Source: an uncultured delta proteobacterium (GTDB taxonomy: Bacteria; Desulfobacterota; Desulfuromonadia; Desulfuromonadales; BM103). Taken from it: 64,000 bases of DNA. The position numbers and the translations under genes were made by a program. Numbering within the stretch: position 1 is the first letter of the stretch; the number at the start of each line of letters is the position of its first letter. Under the pieces are notes generated by a model that saw only the letters and a list, made by a program, of their open reading frames with translations, had not been told where the DNA came from and did no database searches. This document shows, in pieces, positions 19,349 through 29,216 of the stretch. The stretch is taken from contig CAVQRZ010000014.1 of the NCBI GenBank assembly GCA_963715335.1, forward strand, positions 64,001 to 128,000. Reading direction: 5' to 3'.

Positions 19349-19861
19349 ATGACTGATGATCTCAAGCGCATCCTCCTGGAAGCCTGCGTCCTGATTGCTT
19401 TCGGAGCCCTCGCCGGCCTGACCGCGAATCACCAGATGGTCCTGGATGCCTTCGCCGGCCGCCTGGTCTCCCCGCTTCCGGTGGCTAAGATAGACCAGGC
19501 GGTTCGGGAGCATGTCCCCGTGGCCTTGCCAATGCCGGTTCTGCTGGATGAGGTTCAGCAGCTGATGACCGCAGGCGGGCTGCTTCTTGATGCCCGCAGC
19601 CCGGAACTGTTTGCGGAAGGTCACATCAAAGGGGCGATCTCTTTGCCAATGGTGGATATCGAAGAAGTCCTGGCTGACTTTATTGCGCGTATCGATCGAG
19701 ACCAGGTTGTCATGACTTATTGCAGTGGCTTCGGCTGTCCGGATTCCTTTGACCTCGGCATGCGGCTGATCGAAGAAGGTTTCAGCGATGTCCGGGTTTT
19801 TGAGGGGGGCTATCCGGAATGGCGGGATGCCGGGCTTGCGGTTGCGGGAGAAGGCCAATGA
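19349..19861 (+). CDS. Membrane-anchored rhodanese-domain protein
   Basis: LDARS, GHIKGA, TYCSGFGC and FEGGYPEW. Confidence 0.88.
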   Translation: MTDDLKRILLEACVLIAFGALAGLTANHQMVLDAFAGRLVSPLPVAKIDQAVREHVPVALPMPVLLDEVQQLMTAGGLLLDARSPELFAEGHIKGAISLPMVDIEEVLADFIARIDRDQVVMTYCSGFGCPDSFDLGMRLIEEGFSDVRVFEGGYPEWRDAGLAVAGEGQ

Positions 19862-20325
19862 GTCGATTTCAATGGTGTTTCTACCACCTGGTCAGACTGT
19901 CTCTGGCCCTGGTCTTTGTCTACGCCGGGGCAGTGAAAATTCAGGATATCGTCGCATTTGCCGGCCATGTGGCGGCTTACCAGATCCTCCCTTACGCCAT
20001 GAATTACCTGGTCGCGGCGACCCTGCCTTATGTGGAGTTCCTGGCCGGGGTCCTTTTACTTCTGAATGTCCGGGTCCGCCCGGCTCTGGTTGCGATCGGC
20101 AGCATGATCCTGTTTTTCATGATCGCGCTGGTTTCGGTGTTGTTGCGGGGGCTTGATATCGATTGCGGCTGTTTCGATCCGGCCGGCGGGCAGGATGTCA
20201 GCGCCGGTATGGCCCTATTGCGGGATGTCGGACTGATGGTTCTGGTTGTGCTGACCTGGTGGCTGCGCAGTCGGCTAGGATCGCGTGGCGCGTGGCGCGT
20301 GGCGCGTGGCGAGGAACCCTCTTAA
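19858..20325 (+). CDS. MauE/DoxX family membrane protein
   Basis: FVYAGAVK, LPYVE and GLDIDCGCF; ATG overlaps upstream TGA. Confidence 0.85.
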   Translation: MSRFQWCFYHLVRLSLALVFVYAGAVKIQDIVAFAGHVAAYQILPYAMNYLVAATLPYVEFLAGVLLLLNVRVRPALVAIGSMILFFMIALVSVLLRGLDIDCGCFDPAGGQDVSAGMALLRDVGLMVLVVLTWWLRSRLGSRGAWRVARGEEPS

Positions 20326-20465
20326 ATCAGTTCTTGGATATTATTTTTTACCGCTGGCTTGTCGCTAATTCCCTGTCGTTCTGTAAGCTGCAGAGTGTCA
20401 GGCCCCTAGCTACAGTCAAGTTTGACGACCATTTTTCGCGCGACTCGCCACGCGCCACGAGCCTC
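20278..20465. repeat. Inverted heptamer-repeat cassette: (CGCGTGG)4 ... TTTTCGCG-CGACTCG-CCACGCG-CCACGAG
   Basis: Tandem 7-mers with a complementary arm about 120 bp downstream. Confidence 0.8.
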
Positions 20466-20469
20466 TCCA

Positions 20470-21516
20470 ATGACCTGGAAACAGCAACTCGCCGACAGCA
20501 TCACCACCCCCGAACAACTGGCCGGGTATTTTGACATCGACCCGAAGCCGTTGCGGGCGGTGGTGGACCGTTACCCGCTGCTCATCACCCCCCATTATTT
20601 CAGTCTGATTGAAACACCGGGCGATCCGATCTGGCGGCAGTGTGTCCCTGACCTGAGTGAGCTGACGGCTGATGACTTGCCAGAAGATTCCCTCAACGAG
20701 CAGGCTTTTGCTCCGGTCCCGGCAGTGGTGCACCGTTACCCGGACCGTGCATTGTTAATGGTCTCCGGTCGGTGTGCCGGTTATTGTCGTTTCTGTACCC
20801 GCAAAAGCAGGGTTGGCACCCTGGGCTTCTGTTTCACCATGGCGCAGATTGAAGAGGGAATTGGCTATATTTCAGAAACACCCGAAATCAGGGACGTGAT
20901 CCTGACCGGCGGAGACCCGCTGCTGCTCGACGACGATTGCCTGGCGGATATTCTGACAAGGATTCAGCAGCTCAGCCATGTCGAGATGATCCGCATCGGC
21001 AGCCGAATACCCGTCACCCTGCCGGACCGCATTACCCCACAACTTTGCCGGCTGTTGTCGCGTTGCCAGCCGCTTTACCTCAATACCCACTTCAATCACC
21101 CGCGCGAACTGACCGTCGAGAGCGCGGCGGCTTGTGCCCGTCTGGCTGATGCAGGCTTGCCACTTGGCAACCAGACGGTCCTGCTTGACGGCGTCAACGA
21201 TGATCCGGCAGTGATGATTGAGCTGTGCCGTGGTTTGCTGAAGATGCGGGTGCGTCCCTACTATCTGCATCACCTTGATCAGGCCCGGGGGACCTCGCAT
21301 TTCAGGGTGCCTGTGGAACGTGGCCTGGAGATCATTGCCGGGTTGCGTGGCCAGCTCGCCGGGCTCGGTATCCCGCAATACGTGATTGACCCGCCCGGAG
21401 GTGAAGGCAAGGTCCCGTTGTTGCCGGGAAATCTGCTGGAGGTGGGGGATTCTCTCAGGGTGAAGACATCCCGTGGCGTTATTGAGCTGCCAAATCGGCG
21501 GCGGGATGCTGTCTAG
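20470..21516 (+). CDS. KamA-family radical SAM enzyme, probable EF-P beta-lysylation lysine 2,3-aminomutase (EpmB-like)
   Basis: HRYPDR, CAGYCRFCTRK, TGGDPL, THFNHPRE, NQTVLL and PGGEGK; short 348-aa form; near epmA and efp. Confidence 0.88.
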   Translation: MTWKQQLADSITTPEQLAGYFDIDPKPLRAVVDRYPLLITPHYFSLIETPGDPIWRQCVPDLSELTADDLPEDSLNEQAFAPVPAVVHRYPDRALLMVSGRCAGYCRFCTRKSRVGTLGFCFTMAQIEEGIGYISETPEIRDVILTGGDPLLLDDDCLADILTRIQQLSHVEMIRIGSRIPVTLPDRITPQLCRLLSRCQPLYLNTHFNHPRELTVESAAACARLADAGLPLGNQTVLLDGVNDDPAVMIELCRGLLKMRVRPYYLHHLDQARGTSHFRVPVERGLEIIAGLRGQLAGLGIPQYVIDPPGGEGKVPLLPGNLLEVGDSLRVKTSRGVIELPNRRRDAV

Positions 21517-22295
21517 CGGCGGTTCTCGGAACGGCTTTTGGTGCGCTGCCTGACCTGCCTGTTATGCTTGGTGAGGTGCTGAAAAATATGGTTGACTTCC
21601 GCTTCTGACAACAAACCCTTTTCCACGAAATACTGGCCGATTCTCTTCTGTAGAGTCCTTTGATAGTTCAGCAGCACTTCAACCTGGTGAGGTTTGAGGT
21701 GTCCCATCTCAATCGCCTTTTTGCCAAAACGCACGGCCTTTCCACGATAGCCGAGGACTTGGGCGACCTTGGCTTCGGACAACCAGCCCCACTTCTGTGC
21801 GATGGCGCCGAGAGTCGGCCTCTGTCGTCTCTGCCACACCAGGGCTTCAATCAGCTGCTGGTAAGTCACTTTACCCTGGTAGTAACTGTACATGCCGAAT
21901 TCCAGCGGGATTGACGGGATTAACACCGGTTTGAGGGGCTGTCTCTGCTGTGTGCTTTGCCGCGGCGCGCGATTGGCCCAATGCGACGTTGTTTGCCCGG
22001 GATTGTTCCTCAGGGATGTCACGTGAATTCGGGGACGTTTCTCCAGGTATTCGATCAGCAGGTCGTAAGCCTGGCGAATTTCCCGGAAACGGTCAGTCTG
22101 CTGTTGACGAATGTGTGGTGCAGAGCTTGCGTGGGCATCAGGGTGATGTGCCTTGGCCTGGTTGCGAAAAGCCGTCTTGGCGCCGCTGGGCTGGAGATAG
22201 TGGAGAAACTCGTGGGACAGATTGACTTCTTTGCCGAACAGGGTTCGGCAGGCATTCAGTAACGCTGTCTCAGAATTAAAATACATGGGCCTCAA
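21513..22295 (-). CDS. J-domain protein with four C-terminal MshEN-like 24-aa repeats
   Basis: KTAFR...HHPD...FREIRQAY J-domain; xxGxxxxxxGxx repeats at residues 132-241. Confidence 0.8.
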   Translation of the reverse strand: MRPMYFNSETALLNACRTLFGKEVNLSHEFLHYLQPSGAKTAFRNQAKAHHPDAHASSAPHIRQQQTDRFREIRQAYDLLIEYLEKRPRIHVTSLRNNPGQTTSHWANRAPRQSTQQRQPLKPVLIPSIPLEFGMYSYYQGKVTYQQLIEALVWQRRQRPTLGAIAQKWGWLSEAKVAQVLGYRGKAVRFGKKAIEMGHLKPHQVEVLLNYQRTLQKRIGQYFVEKGLLSEAEVNHIFQHLTKHNRQVRQRTKSRSENRR

Positions 22296-22396
22296 TGGTC
22301 TGGAAACTTAACCTGTCCTTGCTTTTTTATAGCCTGTCGGACGGATGAAAAACAAGCCCCTTTTCCTTTTTCCCGGAGATTTTCCCAAGCTTGTGG

Positions 22397-23311
22397 CTAC
22401 AGCTCGCCGGAGGTGAATGCTACGACATCAGCGATCTTTTCCGCGTCGGTCATCAGCATCACCAAACGGTCAAGACCAAGGGCAACCCCGGCGGCTTCGG
22501 GCATTGCAGGGAGCTCGTTGAGGAAGTTTTCCGGGAGCGGGTAGGGTTTTTTTCCTGTGCTTCTCCGCTGCGCCTCATCCGCAGTAAAACGTTTGCGCTG
22601 TTCGTGGGGGTCGGTCAGTTCCGAAAAGGCGTTGGCCAGCTCCAGTCCGTCGATGTAAAGCTCGAATCGTTCGGCTACGCGCGGATCGCCGGGCTTGATC
22701 CTGGCCAGGGCGGCCATGGCGGCCGGGTACTCGGTCAAAAACGTCGGTCTTGTTTTGCCGAGGTTCGGTTCAACTGCGGTGGTCAGGACCTCCTCGAAAG
22801 AATCGGTCTCGAGGGCCTGTTCCAGACTCATCGAAGCATAGCTGGAAAAGGCTTCGGCAACTGTCAATTCCTCCCAGGGTGCAGCCAGGGCAATCTCCCG
22901 TCCCGATCGCGTAATGCTCCCCAGCGGAATAATGCTCTGTAGCAGCGCCGTACACTCGGTCATGAGATCGCGGTAGTCAATCCCTGACCGGTACCATTCC
23001 AGCATTGTGAATTCCGGCAGGTGGTATCGACCGAGCTCGCCTTCGCGCCAGACCCGGCAGATCTGGAAAATTTTTTCATGGCCAGCCGCGAGCAGCCGCT
23101 TCATGGCGAGTTCCGGGGAGGTGTGCAAGGTCCAGTCGCCGCTGGGCACAGGATCGATGTGCGGCTCCGGGGCGTTGGCGGGGATGCGGTGCGGCGTTTC
23201 CACCTCGAGGTAGTCGCGCGCTGTGAAGAAACTGCGGATTCTCTGCAGGCTCTCGGCCCTTTTGATCAAAAACGGCCTTTTCCGGGCCAGGGCCCAATTC
23301 GGTTGGTTCAC
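22397..23311 (-). CDS. epmA: EF-P lysine aminoacylase (EpmA/GenX)
   Basis: LEVETP, LHTSPELAMKRLL, EFTMLEWY, ERFELY..GLELANAF and GLDRL; no anticodon-binding domain. Confidence 0.93.
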   Translation of the reverse strand: MNQPNWALARKRPFLIKRAESLQRIRSFFTARDYLEVETPHRIPANAPEPHIDPVPSGDWTLHTSPELAMKRLLAAGHEKIFQICRVWREGELGRYHLPEFTMLEWYRSGIDYRDLMTECTALLQSIIPLGSITRSGREIALAAPWEELTVAEAFSSYASMSLEQALETDSFEEVLTTAVEPNLGKTRPTFLTEYPAAMAALARIKPGDPRVAERFELYIDGLELANAFSELTDPHEQRKRFTADEAQRRSTGKKPYPLPENFLNELPAMPEAAGVALGLDRLVMLMTDAEKIADVVAFTSGEL

Positions 23312-26300
23312 GGCTGTTCCTCATTTAGCCCTGTGCCAAAGATCCGTCCCAGCCAGCGCAGGAAATCCTCGACCAGCAGGTAGAGGCTGGGAACCAGCAG
23401 CAAGGTGATGAAGGTGGCGAAAAGAATGCCGAACCCCAGTGAGAGAGCCATGGGGATCAGGAACCTGGCTTGGCGTGAGGTTTCGAAGATCATGGGTGCC
23501 AGGCCACCGAACGTGGTCAGAGTGGTCAGGATAATCGGTCGAAAGCGCCGGGTTCCGGCTGCGCAGATCGCGTCATGCGCGGAGCCGCCGTCCAGTCGTT
23601 GCCGGTTGGCATAGTCGATCAGCACCAGTGAGTCGTTTACCACCACACCGGACAATGCGACAATCCCCATCATGCTCATCAGGCTGAGACTGTAACCCAT
23701 GATCAGGTGACCGAGGGTGGCACCGACGATGCCGAAGGGGATGGCCAGCATGACGATCAATGGTTGTGTGTAGCTGCGGAACGGAATCGCCAGAAGGAAG
23801 TAGATGGCGATCATGGCGAAGCCGAAGCCATAGACCAGTCCGCCGGTGCTTTCCTTCATACTGGCCTGGCGGCCCTGGTAGCCGTAGGTCAAGCCTGGAA
23901 AATCACGAGCCAATTCCGGTAATACCTGGCTGTTCAGGGTGGCGAGAATCTGGCTGGTCTGACCGATCGGCTCGACGTCAGCTGTCACGGTCACAGTGCG
24001 GCGAGCATCGCGGCGGTTGATAGTCGTATAGGCGCGGCCTCGTTCAACTTTGGCGACCTCCAGGAGCGGGACGAAGGTTCCGGAAGAAGTGCGAATCATC
24101 AGGTTCTCGACGTTGAATTCGCTGCTGCGCTCGTTCTCCGGCAAACGCACGCGAACCGTAACCTCGTTGCGACCACGCTGCTGGCGCAGGGCCTCCGTGC
24201 CGGAAAAAGCGTTACGCACCTGGCGGGCAATTTCCCGGGAGGTCAGGCCGAGGCTTTCGCCGCTCGGTGTGATGCGGAAATCGAGTTGCTCCTTGCCCGG
24301 GCTGAAGCCATCATCGATATCCTTGACGTTGGCAAATTCATCGAGGCGTTCTGCCAGGGAGCTGCTGGCCTGGTCAAGGATGCTGGTGTCACGATGCGAA
24401 AGTTCCACGGTTAGGGCCCCTCCGCCGCCTGGCCCGCCGCGGTCCGATTCGTAGCGCAACGATTCCAGGCCGATAATCTGTCCGACCTGTTCGCGCCAGA
24501 GCTTGGTAACGATGCCTGTGTTTAACGGGCGAACGCCGGGGGGGGCCAGGTAGGCCGTGATCTCGACCTGGTTCTCATCGATCATGGCAAAAACGCCCTG
24601 CAGGAGCTGTTCGCCGCCGTTCGCAGCCGCGACCTCCTCGATGCCGCGCACCAGCCTGGTCTGGACTTCACGGGCATCTGCCAGAGGACTCCCGGCCGGT
24701 AAAACTGCCGTGACAACGGCGCGGTCGGACTCGATTCTAGGCATCAGGATCATGCCGATGCGTCCGCTCATGACATAACTGAGGACGATTATCAATATGG
24801 CCACGCCTATGGCGACCGTCAGGCCGCGCCAGCGGATACTGAGCTCCAAAAACGGCCGGTAACGGGTTTCGATAAAACGCGAGACCCTGGCGCTGAATCT
24901 TTGCTGCAAGGCGTGCAGCCGGGCGGTCAGGCGGCTGGCGGGGGCGCTCCTGGTATGGGCGAGGTGAGCGGGCAGGATAAACAGGGCCTCGACCCATGAA
25001 ATCAGGAAAACGGTGATGACCACCACGGGGATCGCTTTCCAGATCTTGCCCATGGTGCCCGGGATGAAATAGAGCGGCAGAAACGCCACGATATTGGTGA
25101 GGATCGCATAGGTGATCGGGATCGCGACGTTGCGGGCGCCGAGAATCGCCGCCTTGGCCATGCCGTGACCCCGCTGGCGGTATTCGTAGATGTTCTCACC
25201 GGCGACGATGGCGTCGTCAACGACGATCCCCAGTGCGATGATAAAGGCGAACATCGACATGATGTTGATCGAGACATCCATAACAGGAAGGAACAGCATG
25301 CCGCCGAGGAATGATATCGGAATCCCCATGGTGACCCAGAAGGCGAGCTTGAATTCGAGAAACAGACCGAGGAGCAGGAGCACGAGGGCCAGGCCCATGC
25401 AGGCGTTCTTTAACAGCAAGTTGAGGCGCTGCTCGTAGATTTCGGACCGGTCCTGGTTGATGTCCCAGAAGATCCCCACGGGCAGGTCCGCCTCGATTTC
25501 GGCCATGGCGCCCCGGACTGCCCGGGAGACGCCGACCGGGGTCTGGTCGCCGACCCGGAATATGTCGAGGCCGATGCTGCGCTGGCCGTTGTAAGTAGCG
25601 AAACGGTCGCTGTCTGCGAAACTTTCCCGGACGGTGGCGATGTCCTCGAGAAGGACGATCGTGCCATCGGCCATGCTGATGATCGGGATGCGGGAGAACT
25701 CCCTGGCCCAGTCCCGGCGATCTGTGACGCGCAGCAGGATGTCTCCGCCCCTGGTCTCCACGGCCCCTCCCGGGATTTCCGTCGATGCCGACGCAATCGC
25801 ACTGCCGATACCATCGAGCGTGAGGCCATAGGCCCGCAATTTCTCCTGGGGGACATCAATATGGATTTCCAGGTCGCGCGCGCCCGACAGGTCAATCTGG
25901 GTAATCCCGGGATCCTGGAGCAGCCGGTCGCGAACCTGTTCAACGGCTTCGCGCAGGGCCGCTTCCGTGGTGTTCCCATATAACTGGATATTGAGGACTT
26001 CGCGGCGTCTGGCGAGAAGGGAGACCTGGGACTCCTCCGCATCGTCCGGGAATGTGCGGATGCGGTCGATCTCCTGTTTGATTTCCTGGTAAACTTTCTG
26101 CTGGTCGGCATCGCTGAGCAACTCGATCCTGACTGAACCGTGTCCTTCAGCGGCTGTTGCCGTCAGCTCCTTGATGCCGTCAAGGCCCCGCACCGCCTCT
26201 TCGATGACAAGGATGATCCCCTGCTCGACTTCCTCCGGGCTGGCGCCGGGGTAGGCGACGCTGACCGTGACCATGTCCAGCTCGAATTCGGGGAAGACCT

Positions 26301-26433
26301 CTTTCTTGATCTGGCCCGAAACAAGGAGGCCGCCGAGGAGGAGAAAGATCATCAGCAGGTTGGGCGTAACCCGGTTGTAGGCCATCCAGGCGAGCGGTCC
26401 CCGTTGCCAACGCTCTGTGCGAAGACGATTCAT
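23308..26433 (-). CDS. RND efflux permease
   Basis: 1041 aa; YPGASPEEVE, GIVVDDAIV and RFRPIILT. Confidence 0.95.
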   Translation of the reverse strand: MNRLRTERWQRGPLAWMAYNRVTPNLLMIFLLLGGLLVSGQIKKEVFPEFELDMVTVSVAYPGASPEEVEQGIILVIEEAVRGLDGIKELTATAAEGHGSVRIELLSDADQQKVYQEIKQEIDRIRTFPDDAEESQVSLLARRREVLNIQLYGNTTEAALREAVEQVRDRLLQDPGITQIDLSGARDLEIHIDVPQEKLRAYGLTLDGIGSAIASASTEIPGGAVETRGGDILLRVTDRRDWAREFSRIPIISMADGTIVLLEDIATVRESFADSDRFATYNGQRSIGLDIFRVGDQTPVGVSRAVRGAMAEIEADLPVGIFWDINQDRSEIYEQRLNLLLKNACMGLALVLLLLGLFLEFKLAFWVTMGIPISFLGGMLFLPVMDVSINIMSMFAFIIALGIVVDDAIVAGENIYEYRQRGHGMAKAAILGARNVAIPITYAILTNIVAFLPLYFIPGTMGKIWKAIPVVVITVFLISWVEALFILPAHLAHTRSAPASRLTARLHALQQRFSARVSRFIETRYRPFLELSIRWRGLTVAIGVAILIIVLSYVMSGRIGMILMPRIESDRAVVTAVLPAGSPLADAREVQTRLVRGIEEVAAANGGEQLLQGVFAMIDENQVEITAYLAPPGVRPLNTGIVTKLWREQVGQIIGLESLRYESDRGGPGGGGALTVELSHRDTSILDQASSSLAERLDEFANVKDIDDGFSPGKEQLDFRITPSGESLGLTSREIARQVRNAFSGTEALRQQRGRNEVTVRVRLPENERSSEFNVENLMIRTSSGTFVPLLEVAKVERGRAYTTINRRDARRTVTVTADVEPIGQTSQILATLNSQVLPELARDFPGLTYGYQGRQASMKESTGGLVYGFGFAMIAIYFLLAIPFRSYTQPLIVMLAIPFGIVGATLGHLIMGYSLSLMSMMGIVALSGVVVNDSLVLIDYANRQRLDGGSAHDAICAAGTRRFRPIILTTLTTFGGLAPMIFETSRQARFLIPMALSLGFGILFATFITLLLVPSLYLLVEDFLRWLGRIFGTGLNEEQP

Positions 26434-27677
26434 GGTTTGGTCTTCTCGCCTCCTGCGGGACTTTCTGCCGTGGCTTCACGAACCCTCAGGCTCATCCCCT
26501 GCACGGGCGATGGCAGGTTCGAGGTCACCAGGAGTTCGCCGGCACTGATGCCGCCGGTGACCAGAACCTGGTCCTGGTCGCGGAACGTTATTTCGATCGT
26601 GCGAATGTCAAGGTTCCCCTGTTCGTCCATGATCCAGATGCGGTTGCCGTCGTGCACCAGGTCACGTTCTATGGCGACCGCGCGGGGCAGGGCCTGCCCC
26701 GCGATCTCAACCCGGACATAACTGCCGAGCAGGAGGCGGCGCACGCCACTGGAGCGGGTCTGCAGGGCAAGGGGGTCGGGGACTTCGATAAGCAGTTTTG
26801 CCATGCGGCCCTGGGCTTCGACGTCTGCCATCACGCCGATCACTTGCCCGGGGCGGTTGGTTTCGGAACCCCAGGCGGCGGCATCGTAAATCAACACCTG
26901 CGAGCCGTCAGTCTTGCTCTTTTCACCGGTATGAATCCATTTCAGCTGGCTGGCAGGAACCGGAGCTTCCACCCAGAAGGCATCACTGTCCACCAACGTC
27001 GCCAGCGGGGTGCCCATGCTGACACTGGTCCCGAGGTTGACGTCGCGGGAAATGACCACTGCATTGAAAGGAGCATTGACAATGGTTCGTTGCAGGTTGA
27101 GCTGAGCCTGTTCCAGGCGGGCCGCCGCCCCTTCCAGGGAGGCCCGGATATCCTCGAGCTGCGGTTCGCGCAGCATCAGGTTTTTTTCTTCCTCGCTGAC
27201 GGCTTCGCCAAGCAATTCAAATTCTTTCTGCGCCACCCGCTGTCGGCCCAGTTCGATCTGGTAGTCAGCTTCGACCCTGGCGACCTCGCTGGAGAGCTGT
27301 CTCACCGCGAGGCGATAGTCACTGGGGTCTATGGCAAGCAGCTGTTCGCCTTGGGAAAAGTGACCACCGGGAACCAACTTGTCGCTGAAGCTGATAATTT
27401 CGCCACTGACCTGTGGCTTGATAACGACTTCGCGCTTCGGTATGACCGTGCCCATAACACTGATGCTCGTCGTTTGCGGGGCGAACTCAAGCGGGCGCAC
27501 GTCCACCATGGCTGCATTGCGCACTTTCTGCCGGGGCTCGGTCTTGGGGCCCGTCTGCATCAGCCATAAGGCGACGACTGAACTGATTGCAACCACGACG
27601 ATCGGCAGCAGCAGTCGCAATGGCGCCGCCGGACGATACGATTTCGGTGATTCATGGTGTTGTTGGTCAGAGTCCAT
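26430..27677 (-). CDS. RND membrane fusion protein
   Basis: N-terminal TM helix, PQVSGEI, coiled hairpin, APFNA. Confidence 0.92.
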   Translation of the reverse strand: MDSDQQHHESPKSYRPAAPLRLLLPIVVVAISSVVALWLMQTGPKTEPRQKVRNAAMVDVRPLEFAPQTTSISVMGTVIPKREVVIKPQVSGEIISFSDKLVPGGHFSQGEQLLAIDPSDYRLAVRQLSSEVARVEADYQIELGRQRVAQKEFELLGEAVSEEEKNLMLREPQLEDIRASLEGAAARLEQAQLNLQRTIVNAPFNAVVISRDVNLGTSVSMGTPLATLVDSDAFWVEAPVPASQLKWIHTGEKSKTDGSQVLIYDAAAWGSETNRPGQVIGVMADVEAQGRMAKLLIEVPDPLALQTRSSGVRRLLLGSYVRVEIAGQALPRAVAIERDLVHDGNRIWIMDEQGNLDIRTIEITFRDQDQVLVTGGISAGELLVTSNLPSPVQGMSLRVREATAESPAGGEKTKP

Positions 27678-27707
27678 TCGCTTGCCTCGTAAAATTTCCG
27701 GACCGGA

Positions 27708-29093
27708 TCATCGGGACATTTTCCAGCCGCCGGCCAGTGCCCGGCAGAGATTGACGCGGTTCTCAAAGAGCGCACCGCGGGCAGTGAGCCTGGTGAGTTG
27801 CAGTTGCTGTTCGGACAGAATCGAAGCAAGCACCCGCTGATAATCGACGGCCCCATTCAGGTAGCGGTCACGAATCCGCTCCGTTGCCTGTGCCGCCAGC
27901 TCCAGCTGCAGGTCGAGGCTGTCCAGGTATTCGAGCTGCCGCTCTTCCCGGGCCAGCGCATCTTCGACTTCAGCGAGAGCTTCGAGGACTGTCTGGCCGT
28001 AACTGTGCAGGGCCGCCGATGCTGCCGCACGGGTTCTGTCGACTTCAGCCCGGCGACGTCCGCCGTCGACCACAGGTGCCAGCAGGTTTGCGGCAATGGT
28101 AGACAGCCAGTCATTAAACAGGTCCTCGAGCTCTTCACTTGCAGTGGTCGTCCGCCCGGTCAGGCTGAGACGGGGGAACCGGTCGGCGACTGCTGCTGCG
28201 ACCCGCTGGTCGGCGGCCTGGATCTGTAGCCAGGCGGCACGCACGTCCGGACGCCTTTCGATCAGTTCGCTTTGCAGACCGGTATCAGGCAGGGGCGGCA
28301 GACCGCCGAGAGCCGGTTGGGTGAGCTGCGGGGCCTGGTCAGGGGGTAAACCAAGCAAGACGGCCAGCTGGTTGAACAAGACCTGCTCCTGTGCCGCAGC
28401 CAGAACCAGCTCGCCGCGACGGTTTTCCACCACGAGGCGCTGTTGCAAGAGGTCGGCGATGCCGACCTGGCCGGTCCGGAACTGCAGGGTCACCAGTTCG
28501 AGGGTCTGCCGGTTGGTGCTTAGCTGCCGTTCGAGGAGCATGATTTGCTCGCGCTGCTCAATCAGCTTGAACCAGGTTGAGGCGACTCTCGCGGTCAGTG
28601 TCAGAGCTGCGGTCTGCAGGGCCTCGGCGCTGGCCACGGCGTCCAGTTCCGCGGCCTCCCGGGTAGAATTGATTCTTCCCCAGAGGTCGATTTCGTAGCT
28701 TGCCGACAAGCCGAGGCTGAAGTCGTTGCGCGATTCGTCGTGGGAACCGGTCCGAGAACCCGTTGTCCTCCCGACGGCTTCCCCGTCCAGCTGCGGCCAG
28801 AGCTCTGCTCCTGTCCTGCGGGCCACGGCGCGGGCCTGATCAAGGCGGTCCCAGGCAGTTTGCAGAGAAAGGTTGTCGCTCAGGGCGGTTTCAATAAGTT
28901 GGTCGAGAACCGGGTCGGCGAAAGTCAACCACCAGCGGTCGGGCAGGACTTCTTTCCCGGATACAGAAAATTGACCCTGCGGCTGGTAGGGAGCGATCGA
29001 TGAGGGTGTGCCGATCGAACATGCTGTCAGTGCGATGATCGTACACAGGCAAAACCAACGGTGGATTCTGTATGGATGTGAACCGTTTCGCAT
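27708..29093 (-). CDS. NodT/TolC-family outer membrane efflux lipoprotein
   Basis: LTAC lipobox, WW.F.DP.L, SYEIDLWGR, RRPDVRAA and ALAGGW. Confidence 0.92.
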   Translation of the reverse strand: MRNGSHPYRIHRWFCLCTIIALTACSIGTPSSIAPYQPQGQFSVSGKEVLPDRWWLTFADPVLDQLIETALSDNLSLQTAWDRLDQARAVARRTGAELWPQLDGEAVGRTTGSRTGSHDESRNDFSLGLSASYEIDLWGRINSTREAAELDAVASAEALQTAALTLTARVASTWFKLIEQREQIMLLERQLSTNRQTLELVTLQFRTGQVGIADLLQQRLVVENRRGELVLAAAQEQVLFNQLAVLLGLPPDQAPQLTQPALGGLPPLPDTGLQSELIERRPDVRAAWLQIQAADQRVAAAVADRFPRLSLTGRTTTASEELEDLFNDWLSTIAANLLAPVVDGGRRRAEVDRTRAAASAALHSYGQTVLEALAEVEDALAREERQLEYLDSLDLQLELAAQATERIRDRYLNGAVDYQRVLASILSEQQLQLTRLTARGALFENRVNLCRALAGGWKMSR

Positions 29094-29188
29094 GGGCCCT
29101 TTCAGGAGCTTAACAGTGTTTGCCAGGCTACACACAAGCGTCATAAACGTTCAACGTATCTTAGACGAAACAGATGGGAAAAAGTTCA

Positions 29189-29216
29189 AAAAAAAACGCC
29201 CGCTGGCGGGCGTTTT
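29189..29216 (-). terminator. Intrinsic terminator after efp
   Basis: AAAACGCCCGC-TG-GCGGGCGTTTT with a long A run (U tract on the minus strand). Confidence 0.8.

Noticed and set aside
19004..19858. N-terminal half of the 610-aa ORF 18026-19858 as a fusion to SCO
   Set aside because: Antisense shadow of slyX and the rhodanese gene; no recognisable domain
20278..20313. Tandem repeats as a CRISPR array
   Set aside because: 7-bp units without spacers; no cas genes
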